Assembly: GCA_963806225.1 (NCBI GenBank)
Contig: CAWDXG010000004.1
Coordinates: 5,280,001-5,344,000, forward strand
Direction: 5' to 3'
Source: an uncultured delta proteobacterium
GTDB taxonomy: Bacteria; Myxococcota_A; Polyangia; Polyangiales; Polyangiaceae
Length of the DNA stretch: 64,000 nt
In this document: in pieces, positions 20,430-29,661 of the stretch
Layout: every line of letters starts with the position of its first letter
Numbering within the stretch: position 1 is the first letter of the stretch
Made by a program: the position numbers and the translations under genes
The notes under the pieces: model-generated
Seen by the model: only the letters and a program-made list of their open reading frames with translations
Told to the model about the DNA's origin: nothing
Databases searched by the model: none

Positions 20430-21203
20430 ATGCTTCGTGCCGGACTCCTCGCTCTCTCTGCCGCGATCGCCTGCGCAAGCTGTGCGGTGAGCGAAGATGT
20501 GACCACGCCGGGCTACTCGAACGCTGCGGGCGGCGGCGGAGGCATGGGCGGCGCGGCCGGGACCGCAGGGACCGCCGGAAGTCCGGGCAGCGGCGGCGGC
20601 TCGGCGACAGGCGGCAGTGCAGGTGGGCCAGGCACCGGCGGCTCGGGCACCGGTGGCTCGGGCACCGGTGGCTCCGGCACCGGCGGCTCCGGCACCGGCG
20701 GCTCCGGCACCGGCGGCTCCGGCGGCTCCGGCGGCACCGGCGGCTCCGGCACCGGCGGCTCCTCCGGTGGCGGCACCTGCCAGGGCGCACAGTGCCAACA
20801 GGCGACCGACTACGGTGCGGTGAGCGGCGACACCGGTAGCCAGTCGGTGACCGTGTCGGGCTCCCAGCCCCAGTGGGTCAAGGTGCGCGTGACCGAGGAC
20901 GATTCGGGGATCGTCGGGCACAAGCTCAAGGTAACGGCGACCCTCGACTCGCCGCCCGGCGAGAATTTCGACCTGTACGTCTACGTCAATACGTCTTCCG
21001 ACGTCAGTCTCGAGTGCAGCGCACTGGCAGGCTCATCCACGAACGCTGCGGGTGTCACGGACACCGTGTCGAAGAGCTGGGGCGAAGGCACCATCCCCAA
21101 CGGCAGCGACGACAGTCGGAACGTGTCGATCGAGGTGCGCGCAGCGGCCGGGGCGACCTGCAATTCCAGCAGCACCTGGTCGTTGACCGTGAAGGGCAAC
21201 TGA
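20430..21203 (+). CDS. Gly-tethered lipoprotein with PPC-like beta-sandwich
   Basis: Signal ending CASC; GTGGS repeats; SPPGENFDLYVY motif. Confidence 0.72.
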   Translation: MLRAGLLALSAAIACASCAVSEDVTTPGYSNAAGGGGGMGGAAGTAGTAGSPGSGGGSATGGSAGGPGTGGSGTGGSGTGGSGTGGSGTGGSGTGGSGGSGGTGGSGTGGSSGGGTCQGAQCQQATDYGAVSGDTGSQSVTVSGSQPQWVKVRVTEDDSGIVGHKLKVTATLDSPPGENFDLYVYVNTSSDVSLECSALAGSSTNAAGVTDTVSKSWGEGTIPNGSDDSRNVSIEVRAAAGATCNSSSTWSLTVKGN

Positions 21204-21226
21204 CGCCGCCGCGGAGGGGTCATCAT

Positions 21227-21850
21227 ATGCTCCGTGTCCGTACTTCGTTGGTCGCAGTCTCGCTGGCCGCTGCGACTACTCTAGACTGCGGTTCGGGCTC
21301 CTCGTCCAACACCGGACCGGGAGGTGCCGGCGCCGGAGGCATCAGCGCCGGAGGCGCCGGAGGCATCAGCGCCGGAGGCGCCGGAGGCACGGGCGGCAGC
21401 AGTACCGGCGGCACGACCGCGGGCGGTACGGGTGGCACGAGCAGCGGCGGCGCCGGCGGGGGTACATCGTGTGCCGGGCAGGAGTGCAGCGCATTTCCCA
21501 AGAATTTCGTCCGCGGCTGCACCGACGACAAGAGCTGCGTCGCCGAGCTGCACCAGATCGACTGCTGCGGAGCCATGCGTGCCATGGGCGTGAATCACAG
21601 CGAAGCCACCAAGTTCTGCACAGCGGAGTACGGCGGCTCGACGAGTTCCGGTTGTCGCGCCTCCTATGCCAGCCCTCCGGGCTGCGTCAGCAACGACATC
21701 ACGGTCGATACTGGCGACACCACCACCGATCCCAAACGCGTGGGCACACGCTGCGACAGCATCGATCCGAAGACCGGGACGGGCACCTGCACGACGTTCG
21801 TCTGCTCCGGCAAGAAGTGCCCGGTGGACAACGGAACCTGCGGCCCGTAG
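21227..21850 (+). CDS. Gly-tethered Cys-rich lipoprotein
   Basis: GGAGG RBS; signal ending TLDC; GC-x2-D-x2-C...HQIDCCG domain. Confidence 0.7.
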   Translation: MLRVRTSLVAVSLAAATTLDCGSGSSSNTGPGGAGAGGISAGGAGGISAGGAGGTGGSSTGGTTAGGTGGTSSGGAGGGTSCAGQECSAFPKNFVRGCTDDKSCVAELHQIDCCGAMRAMGVNHSEATKFCTAEYGGSTSSGCRASYASPPGCVSNDITVDTGDTTTDPKRVGTRCDSIDPKTGTGTCTTFVCSGKKCPVDNGTCGP

Positions 21851-21854
21851 CGCG

Positions 21855-22679
21855 CTAGCACGCCGGGCAGTCGCAGCGCACGCCCTTGACGCCCGAGAAA
21901 TCGTTGCAGTTGTTGTACGGCGACACGCAGACGCTGGGGCCGAGGCAGGAACAGGTGCTGTTGCCGCCGCACTGCTTGGGAACCGTGACGCAGTGCGCCC
22001 GGTTGCCGACCTGTGTCATGTACAGCGCGCAGCTCAAGCCGTTCGCATCGCAGACGCCGCAGCCGGTGACATAGGAACATTCATCCGCCGGCACGCATTC
22101 CCCCGTGTAGCAAGTGCCCTGGATCCGTGGCACCTGGCCCGAGGGGCAGGCCGGCACGGCCACTTTGCACGTGACCTTCGCGCTGTCGCAGTCGTAGCCC
22201 GCGACGCAGCGGCCGGCGACGCAGGATGCGCTCTTCACGCCCATGGCCATGCACGCGCTCTGGACGCACGTTTTCGGACAGGGTGTCGGGTGCTTCTCGC
22301 CGGGCGAGAGCCCGATGCAGGTGCAGCAATCGGACCACAGTGTGCAGTCGGCGTCCTTCGTGCACTCGGGGCTGGCGCCGCCCGAGCCGCCTGCTCCGGC
22401 ACTGCCAGCTGCACCAGCGCTGCCGGCACTGCCCGCAGTGCCGGCACTGCCCGCCGTGCCGGCACTGCCCGACATCCCGCCGGTCGCGCCGCTGCCCGCG
22501 GCGCCGCCGCCGCCCGACATCCCGCCGGTCGCGCCGCTGCCCGCGGCGCCGCTGCTGCCCGCCGAGCCGCCGGTCGCACCGCTTCCCGCACTGCCGCCTG
22601 CTCCCGTGCCCTTCTCGGCCGAGCCACCGCAGGCAGCGCCGAGGAGCGCGGCGCACACCACGAGGTAGAAACGCTTCAT
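21855..22679 (-). CDS. Gly-tethered Cys-rich lipoprotein
   Basis: Signal ending GAAC; Gly/Ser/Ala linker; Cys-dense C-terminal half. Confidence 0.75.
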   Translation of the reverse strand: MKRFYLVVCAALLGAACGGSAEKGTGAGGSAGSGATGGSAGSSGAAGSGATGGMSGGGGAAGSGATGGMSGSAGTAGSAGTAGSAGSAGAAGSAGAGGSGGASPECTKDADCTLWSDCCTCIGLSPGEKHPTPCPKTCVQSACMAMGVKSASCVAGRCVAGYDCDSAKVTCKVAVPACPSGQVPRIQGTCYTGECVPADECSYVTGCGVCDANGLSCALYMTQVGNRAHCVTVPKQCGGNSTCSCLGPSVCVSPYNNCNDFSGVKGVRCDCPAC

Positions 22680-22777
22680 GTCGCACCCCTTCCGTCGAAC
22701 CACCCGCGTAGTCTAGCGGCTCACGCCACGCGAAGAAAGGCGTGCCGGGGCGATAAGCCCGCCGAGCGCGCGGCGCG

Positions 22778-23713
22778 CTACAGGAACTTCGCGCCGCGCG
22801 TGATCGTCATCTTGCCGCTTCCGCTGGCGTCGAGCTTCATCTTCTTGTTCTTGACCTGACCCTTGGCCTTCACCTTGCCGGAGAGCGTCAGCTCGGTGAC
22901 CCAGCCCGTGGCAAGGTCGACCACGGCCGGACCGGTGAGGTCGAGCTTGAACGTCATGTCGCCGCTCTTCAGCTCGCCCTTCAGGGTCACGTCCAGGTCC
23001 GCCTGCTTGCGCGCGTCGCTACGGATGCCCTTGAGCACCGCGGTGACGTTCGTCTCGTTCTCCTCGATGCCGGGGAGCACTCCGATCAGCACGCGCCGCC
23101 CTTCTGCGTCCGGTTCGAGCGTGGCGCCGGTCTTCTTGCCCTGCAGCAGCTTCACCAGCGGACCCGGCGCACCGACGTAGCCGTACTCCGCCAGCACCGC
23201 GTCACGCTCCTTGTCCGGCGCGGGCTTGCCGCTACGGGTCACTACCGGCGCCCCGCCCTGGGCCTCGAGCTCGAACGTCTTGTTTTCCGTCACGCTCGGC
23301 TGTTCCAGGCCGAGCAGGGGCTTCGCGTCGCGCCGCCCGAACATGAGCTGCAACTTCGTGATGGCGTTGCCCTTCACCGCCTGGGCTTCCTCGGTGCGCT
23401 CCTCGCTGATCGACCAGCTGCCGGACTGGATGCCGGCGGAGGCCCCCTTGTGCGTGAGTGTGAGGTCGAACTTCATCTTCACGGCGCGCTTCTCCAGAGC
23501 ACGCGCGCCCACCGCCGGTTTCGGCATGGCCGCCGCGGGAGCAGCCGACCCGCCCGCTGGCGCCGCCTCGTGCGTCGTGGTCACGCTCGTCGTGTCGTCG
23601 CCGGAAGACGTCGCGTTGGTAGGGCTCCCGGGTCCGGGGCCCTGGGCCTTTTTCGATCCGCAGCCGATCGAACAGGCCGATACGAACAGAACAAGCAACG
23701 TTGAAGCTTTCAT
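22778..23713 (-). CDS. Hypothetical lipoprotein
   Basis: GAGG RBS; signal ending SIGC; Lys-rich, beta-strand-like C-terminal domain. Confidence 0.72.
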   Translation of the reverse strand: MKASTLLVLFVSACSIGCGSKKAQGPGPGSPTNATSSGDDTTSVTTTHEAAPAGGSAAPAAAMPKPAVGARALEKRAVKMKFDLTLTHKGASAGIQSGSWSISEERTEEAQAVKGNAITKLQLMFGRRDAKPLLGLEQPSVTENKTFELEAQGGAPVVTRSGKPAPDKERDAVLAEYGYVGAPGPLVKLLQGKKTGATLEPDAEGRRVLIGVLPGIEENETNVTAVLKGIRSDARKQADLDVTLKGELKSGDMTFKLDLTGPAVVDLATGWVTELTLSGKVKAKGQVKNKKMKLDASGSGKMTITRGAKFL

Positions 23714-23743
23714 GGGGTCACCTCGTCCAGGGCGCGGAGTCTA

Positions 23744-24712
23744 TCACCGGGGCGAAGCGGTGGCGCCAGTTCGGCCGATCAAGACCCGTCTTTCGCCGAT
23801 ACGGAGGATGTCCACCCGGCCTCCGGTCATGCCGCGCGCGTGCATGGCCGCATGGAGCTCGCGGAGCGGCTGGCCGGGCTTGTCCAGGCCGTTGACGAAC
23901 GTGGCGTAGTGGATGGGGATCATCCAGCGGGCCCCGAGGTCGAGATAGGCCTGTAGCGCCTGGGCGGGATCGAGGTGCGAGCGCCGCATGAACGCCCGCG
24001 GTTCGATCGGCGCGATGGGCAACAGGGCGAGGTCCAGATGCGGGAACAGCCGGCGGGTCTCCGCGAAATCAAGGGGCGCGTAGGCAGTATCGCCAGGAAA
24101 GTACACGCTCACGCCGCGGTACTGGATGACGTAGCCCGTGAAGCTCGTCGTCATCCACGCCGCGTCCGCTCCGTAGCGGAAGCCGTTGTGCTTCACCGGC
24201 ACGGCGGTGATGCGGAGACCGGCGTGCTCCCAGGTGTGCCAGCGGCGGAGCTCCCTTGCGCGGAAGGGAAAGTCCGTGAGGTACACGAGCCCGCCCTCGG
24301 GCATCAACAGCTCGCCCACCTTGTGCTCGATGAGCTCGAGCGAGCCCAGCGACAGGTGATCGAAATGCAGGTGCGAGATCAGCACGGCGTCGAGGTGTGG
24401 CAGGTCGTCCGGTTGAAGGCCGGGTTCGACGAGCCGCGCCGAGAGCTGTCCCACGCTCGAGGTGAAGACCGGATCGGTCAGGATGAAGCGATCGCCCAGC
24501 TGGATCAGGACCGTTGCGTGTCCGACCCAGATCACCGACAGCCGCGCTCCCGGCACGGCGGGATGGGTGATCCGGTCCAGAACGCGCGCCGGCGTGCGGA
24601 ATAGCGGCGTGAAGAAGTCGCTGCCGCTGACGCAGCCGGCGAGCACCACCAACGAGAGCGCGAGCCATACGCCCGGGCCGCGGCGACCGGCGGACAACGT
24701 GCGAGCCGGCAT
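23744..24712 (-). CDS. MBL-fold metallo-hydrolase (NAPE-PLD/RomA-like) lipoprotein
   Basis: Lipobox LAGC; WVGHAT, LTDPVF, SHLHFDHL, PGDT, PIHY motifs; start overlaps upstream TGA. Confidence 0.88.
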   Translation of the reverse strand: MPARTLSAGRRGPGVWLALSLVVLAGCVSGSDFFTPLFRTPARVLDRITHPAVPGARLSVIWVGHATVLIQLGDRFILTDPVFTSSVGQLSARLVEPGLQPDDLPHLDAVLISHLHFDHLSLGSLELIEHKVGELLMPEGGLVYLTDFPFRARELRRWHTWEHAGLRITAVPVKHNGFRYGADAAWMTTSFTGYVIQYRGVSVYFPGDTAYAPLDFAETRRLFPHLDLALLPIAPIEPRAFMRRSHLDPAQALQAYLDLGARWMIPIHYATFVNGLDKPGQPLRELHAAMHARGMTGGRVDILRIGERRVLIGRTGATASPR

Positions 24713-25293
24713 CAGAAGTACCTGAACCTGAGCGTGCCGATCCACGCGGCGCGCTCGAAGCCGGGGGCGTAGTCGACCTGCAGACCGAGCACGCCGAACA
24801 GAGCGTAGACGCCGACCTCGTAGGCGACGCCGTCCTGACCTCCGATGCGGAACCACGAGCTGCCCATCGATACGGACAGGTAGTCGCCGTGCTGCACGAT
24901 CGGGAAGTAGCTGCGGACCCCTGCACGCAGCATCATGCGGTCGCGGAAGCGCGGCGCGATCGCCAGGTACTCCGGCGAGACGTAGAGCTCGATTGATCCG
25001 CTCTGGCGCACGATCGGTTCCACGACCAAGAAGCGCCACGGGTTCACTCCGGGATAGAGGCCGAACGAGTAGAGAAGCGGTGTCACCTGCCAGCGCATGC
25101 CGAAGTGCGCACCGGCCTCGCCGAGCGACAGCTCCGGACTCGGGACGAGCTGCGTCGCCAGCCACGGCCAGGTGACGTGCGGCCCCGGCGTGGTGCGCTC
25201 GTCGGCTCCAGCAGAAGCCGGGAACGCGATCGCGAGCAGCGCGCCGAGACACGCTGCTCGCGATATTCGTTCCTTGCGCACGCCGCCGGTCAT
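24712..25293 (-). CDS. Putative small outer-membrane beta-barrel protein
   Basis: Signal peptide ending AGA; alternating amphipathic strands; terminal LRFRYF. Confidence 0.6.
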   Translation of the reverse strand: MTGGVRKERISRAACLGALLAIAFPASAGADERTTPGPHVTWPWLATQLVPSPELSLGEAGAHFGMRWQVTPLLYSFGLYPGVNPWRFLVVEPIVRQSGSIELYVSPEYLAIAPRFRDRMMLRAGVRSYFPIVQHGDYLSVSMGSSWFRIGGQDGVAYEVGVYALFGVLGLQVDYAPGFERAAWIGTLRFRYF

Positions 25294-25341
25294 GTACCGG
25301 CACGAACATGGCGCCGGTTGGCTGCCGTGACCAGCGGGAGT

Positions 25342-26883
25342 TCAGCAGTCGTGATAGTCGCAGGTCTTCACCGGCGTGCCGTGCGGGTCCTGGAAGTGGA
25401 TCGTCAGACTGCAGCTGATGCCGTCGAGCGACAGGCAGTAGTCCTCGCGGGTGTAGGCCGTGCCGCCGACCTGCACGGCGGGCTGGCGGATGCGCAGGAT
25501 GAGCGTCTTCTCGTCAGGCAGGAGCCCGATGTCGCGCAGCAGCCTGCCCATGTCGGTGGTCTTCTTCGCGGCAACATCGATCCTGAACAGATCGCCGCCG
25601 AGGCCGTCGCTGCGGATCTCGAGCGTGAAGACCTGCCCGTCCGCGGTCTGTACGAAGCGGTCGAGGGAGGCCGCCGGGCCCGAGAACGGCGTGAACGTGC
25701 GCGCGTCGAGGTCGAAGTAGCCGAACGGCGCCGTTTCCTTGAACACGCCGATCTCCGCGCTGCCGCTCACCGTCAGACCGTTCTTGTCGATCGATACGGT
25801 CGCCTTGGCGTCGGCCTTGGCCGAGTAGCGCTGGTACATCACCGACGAGTCGACCAGCATGCCCTTGCCGTCTGGTGTCATGGCGAAGCGCGGCAGGGCC
25901 TTGCCGATCGGATCCAGAGTGAAGGACAACGAGCCGGGATCGATCACCATGAGCTGGTAGCGATCGGCGCCGGCACCGGGCACCTGGGCCGGATCCTCGA
26001 ACATGGATGGATCCATGCGCTGCGTGTCTAGATAGGCGACGGCCTGGCTGCCGTCGGGCGACAGCGCGACGGGCCCGAAACCGGGCAGGTTCTTGACGAA
26101 GCCGAGTGAGCTCTCGTCGATGTCGATGACGCTCACTGGATCGGGGTTGGTCCACTGGGCGTTCGGGTTGGAGCTCTTGTCTTCTTCACAGAACGTGGGC
26201 GACAGCAGCGCGCGGCTCTCGTCGGGCAGCGCCACGAACTTCGACTCGCAGTTCGGGATCCGGATCATCGAGCTGGCGAGGCTGTCGAGCTTCACCATCA
26301 CCAGCGCGGTGCTGGGCTTGTGATCCGTCCACGTGGTGGCGCCCACGACCACTGCGGCGTGGCGCAGCGGCAGGAACGTCGCTTCGGTCACGCCGCCGTC
26401 CACGTGCGCGTTGCCGCGTTCGACTCCGGTGCCCGTATCGAGGATGTGGAGCGTGGAGCCTTCGCCGAGCAGGATCGCGTGCTCGGAATCGCGTGCGCGC
26501 AGCAGCGAGACGCTCCCCGCGGGCGCGGGGTAGCTCCAGAGCTCCGCGCCGGTGTCCAGGTCGAGCGCGGACAGGGCGCCGTCCTGCGCAAGTGCGTAGC
26601 CGACGGCCCGTGTTTTCGAGAACACGAAGCGCCGCGGCTGGAACGGCAGCTCCAGCGTCGTCTGCTTCTGGAAGTCGACCATCACCGCGGTCGTGTTGCG
26701 CACCATCAGCGCGCGACGACCGTCGGGCGAGACCTCCATGATACCCGTCTGCAGCAGTTCACCTTCCCCGCCGCCGTTGCTGCGGTCATTGGCGTTGGCG
26801 CCGCCTTCCTGCGTCTTCGCGGGAAGAGCGCAGGCGGTGGCAAGCAGCAGTGTCGAAAGCAACCCGAGCTTGAAGTGTTTCAT
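25342..26883 (-). CDS. Beta-propeller lipoprotein (YncE/PQQ-like)
   Basis: Signal ending LATAC; repeated SPDG/TPDG blades; ALDLDTGAELW. Confidence 0.75.
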   Translation of the reverse strand: MKHFKLGLLSTLLLATACALPAKTQEGGANANDRSNGGGEGELLQTGIMEVSPDGRRALMVRNTTAVMVDFQKQTTLELPFQPRRFVFSKTRAVGYALAQDGALSALDLDTGAELWSYPAPAGSVSLLRARDSEHAILLGEGSTLHILDTGTGVERGNAHVDGGVTEATFLPLRHAAVVVGATTWTDHKPSTALVMVKLDSLASSMIRIPNCESKFVALPDESRALLSPTFCEEDKSSNPNAQWTNPDPVSVIDIDESSLGFVKNLPGFGPVALSPDGSQAVAYLDTQRMDPSMFEDPAQVPGAGADRYQLMVIDPGSLSFTLDPIGKALPRFAMTPDGKGMLVDSSVMYQRYSAKADAKATVSIDKNGLTVSGSAEIGVFKETAPFGYFDLDARTFTPFSGPAASLDRFVQTADGQVFTLEIRSDGLGGDLFRIDVAAKKTTDMGRLLRDIGLLPDEKTLILRIRQPAVQVGGTAYTREDYCLSLDGISCSLTIHFQDPHGTPVKTCDYHDC

Positions 26884-27074
26884 GCGCGGAGAGCACTGCA
26901 GTGGCTGTGCCGATCCACCGCTGTCGACATTTTCCGTCGAAGCCGTGATCCGGTGCCTCGCGTCGTGAACGCGCGGACACGGACCACGACATCGGCGATC
27001 AGGGTCGCGTCGTCCGCCGACTTCCACCACCGACATCAACCGACATCGACGTGGACACTCGCATTGCGCTGCCC

Positions 27075-27101
27075 GCCGACTTGACGTACGGTCAAGTCGG
27101 C
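27075..27101. promoter_or_regulatory. Perfect 11-bp inverted repeat, putative operator
   Basis: GCCGACTTGAC-gtacg-GTCAAGTCGGC in a divergent intergenic region. Confidence 0.55.
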
Positions 27102-27131
27102 CCAATGGCCGATGATGCTTGGGAGGCGACC

Positions 27132-28384
27132 ATGAAACTGAAGACGCTTGTCGGGAGCTTTGCAGCTGTGACCGCGATGGCGGCGTGCTCGGCCGCCGGC
27201 GGAAAGAGCACCTTCCACGGATCGACCGGAGGCAGTGGAGGCAGCGGTGGCGGGACCGGCGGAACAGGGACCGGCGCCACCGGGGGAGGCGGCAGCGGCG
27301 GCAGCGGCGGTCAGATCATAGTGGGAGGCAGCGGAGGCGGCAGCGGTTCGGGCGGCGACGCCGGCGTCTGCAAGTCCGTGCCCGAGGAAACCAAGCCGGC
27401 GGGGCTGCAGCCGGCCGACATCATCTGGGCCATCGACACCTCCTGCAGCATGACCGAGGAGGTGCCGTCGGTTCAGGACAACATGAACGCCTTCTCGCAG
27501 CAGATCATCCAGTCGGGCATCGACGTGCACGTGATCCTGATCGCGGCGTACCCGAACGGTCTTCTGAGCGGGGGGCTCGGCATCTGCATGCAGCCGCCGC
27601 TCGGCAAGGCCGGAGGCTGCCCGTCGACCACGCCGGGCTCGGACAACAACCTGCCCACCTTCTTCCACGATCACAATCCGCCGCTCGGTGTGCAGTCCAC
27701 CAACGGCCTGAACGCCATCATCAAGTCGTTCAAGAACTACGATCCGCTGCTGCGCGCGGGGGCGTCGCATTGGGTTGTGGGCGTGACCGACGACGACGCC
27801 AGCGACCCGCCGTACGGCGGCCTGAGTCGCGATCCGCCGGCGCCGACAAGTTCATCGCCGACTACAAGGCGCTGTCGCCGAAGCTGGCGGACTTCAAGAT
27901 GAGCGGCATCACTGCGCTCAGCAAGTGCGCGAACGCCGCCAGCATCGGCGCGCACTGGCAGTACGTCATCCAGAAGACGGGCGGCCTCTCGGCGGATATC
28001 TGCAAATGCGCGCCGGGGCAGACGCAGCAGTGCTCTCAGGCCTTCCAGACCATCTTCACGCAGCTGGCGCAGAAGATCATCCAGGCGTCCAAGCCGCTCG
28101 ACTGCCAGTGGCCGATCCCCGCACCTCCGCCGGGCCAGTCTCTCGAGCCGGGCAAGGTCAACGTCCAGTTCACCGACAACAGCACCGGCAAGACGACGAT
28201 GCTGTATCACGTGCAGGACAAGGCCCACTGCGATCCGCAGAAGGGCGGCTGGTACTACGACAGCGACCTGAACCCGACGCAGGTCATCTCGTGTCCGGCG
28301 TCCTGCACCACGATCAAGGCGGCGACGGACGCCAAGGTCGACGTGCTGTTCGGCTGCAAGACACAAGCGCCGCCCGTGCAGTAG
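27132..28384 (+). CDS. vWA (MIDAS) domain lipoprotein; single-base frameshift near 27825-27840
   Basis: GGGAGG RBS; signal ending MAAC; DTSCSM and VTDD in the first frame; C-x-W-x-IP-x-PP...KVNV...GGWYYD...FGC in the second. Confidence 0.78.
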
Positions 28385-28406
28385 CGCGGGCGGGGCGCTC
28401 CACGTT

Positions 28407-28793
28407 CTACTTCGCCTCGTCGCAGTGCCAGCGGACGTTGTCGATGTTCCAGCCCTGCTTGCACTCCTCGGCGCTGGCGGACACGGAGTGCGCCCCGTTC
28501 TCCTCCAGGCGGAAGTGCGAGGAGTAGCCCTTGGTGCTTGTGACCTTGCCGTGGTTGTCCTCGCAGCTCACGGTCCAGCTCAGCGTGCAGGCGAGCTTGC
28601 GCTCGCAGCTGTTGTCTACGCCGTAGTCGAGCCCCTTTTCGCTCTCGGTGCGGTCGAAGCGGATGCAGCTATCCGCCGATTCCTTCGCCTGTGCGGTGCG
28701 CACCGAAAGCAGGCCGCTCCGGCCGCCCGAAAGCCCGTTCAGCATCCCGAACGCACCCACTGCATACACGAAAGTCCTGGCAAAGCGGCGCAT
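28407..28793 (-). CDS. Small secreted Cys-containing protein
   Basis: GGAGG RBS; signal ending AQA; six Cys in the mature part. Confidence 0.65.
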   Translation of the reverse strand: MRRFARTFVYAVGAFGMLNGLSGGRSGLLSVRTAQAKESADSCIRFDRTESEKGLDYGVDNSCERKLACTLSWTVSCEDNHGKVTSTKGYSSHFRLEENGAHSVSASAEECKQGWNIDNVRWHCDEAK

Positions 28794-28968
28794 GGCATCA
28801 CCTCCATCTGGGGCCGCGCACACGCCGGTTCCGGCCCCCGCTGGTGGGAGCCGCTCGGCCCGGTTTTCGCGGGCGGCATGGTGTAGGACAGCGCCTGGGC
28901 GGTGCGGTTCCCGGAAAATGCCGCTCCCTGGAAGGCGTGGGGCCGCCGCGCTCCCGCCGGGGCTGTCC

Positions 28969-29556
28969 CTAGTGCCCGTGCATCTCCGACATGGGCGATG
29001 CCTGTCCGGTCAATTTCGCCCAGGTGGCCTCGTCGACGACCTGTTGCTTGTACGTCTTGTGGCAGTCCGTGCAGGTCTCGAGCGTGCTGGAGAGCGCCGT
29101 CATCACGCCGGCCAGGTCCTGCTTCTTCGCCGCCGCGCCGATGCCGTCGGCGGTGTGGTGGAACTTCAGCGCCGCCTCGGTAAAGCCCTTCGCGCCGGCT
29201 CCCATGTGCTTGCACATCATGCCCATCTGCTCGGAGTAGCCGATGCGGCTCGCGGCCTTCTCGACGCCGGCGAAGTCCTTCTTGCCAGCCGCTGCGATGA
29301 TCTCCTGCACGGCGAGCAGATGGTCGCGCATCTCCTGCTTCTGGTGGGCCGCCATCATCGGCACAAGGGGCACCGGCTTGCGCTGATCCATCGAGTCGAG
29401 CATGGCCTGCGTCGCGGAGGGCGCGGACATGTGCGCCGATGCCAAGGGGTGCTCGGCCGACGCCGCGGGCGCAGGCGCGGGCGCGGGCGCGGGGCTCTTG
29501 TTGCACGACGGGGCCAGGATCAGCACGGCGAAAACGGAAAGGCTGCGCGGGATCAT
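28969..29556 (-). CDS. Class II cytochrome c (c'-like) lipoprotein
   Basis: Signal ending APSC; helical body; single C-terminal CTDCH. Confidence 0.82.
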   Translation of the reverse strand: MIPRSLSVFAVLILAPSCNKSPAPAPAPAPAASAEHPLASAHMSAPSATQAMLDSMDQRKPVPLVPMMAAHQKQEMRDHLLAVQEIIAAAGKKDFAGVEKAASRIGYSEQMGMMCKHMGAGAKGFTEAALKFHHTADGIGAAAKKQDLAGVMTALSSTLETCTDCHKTYKQQVVDEATWAKLTGQASPMSEMHGH

Positions 29557-29661
29557 GTGCGTAGTTTCCCCGCAAGCAGCCGCGAGGCAAGCGCACAACT
29601 TGCGTGCCGTGGACAGGGGGTCGGGTGATCGGCGAGACTGCGTTTCGCATCGGAACGAGCC

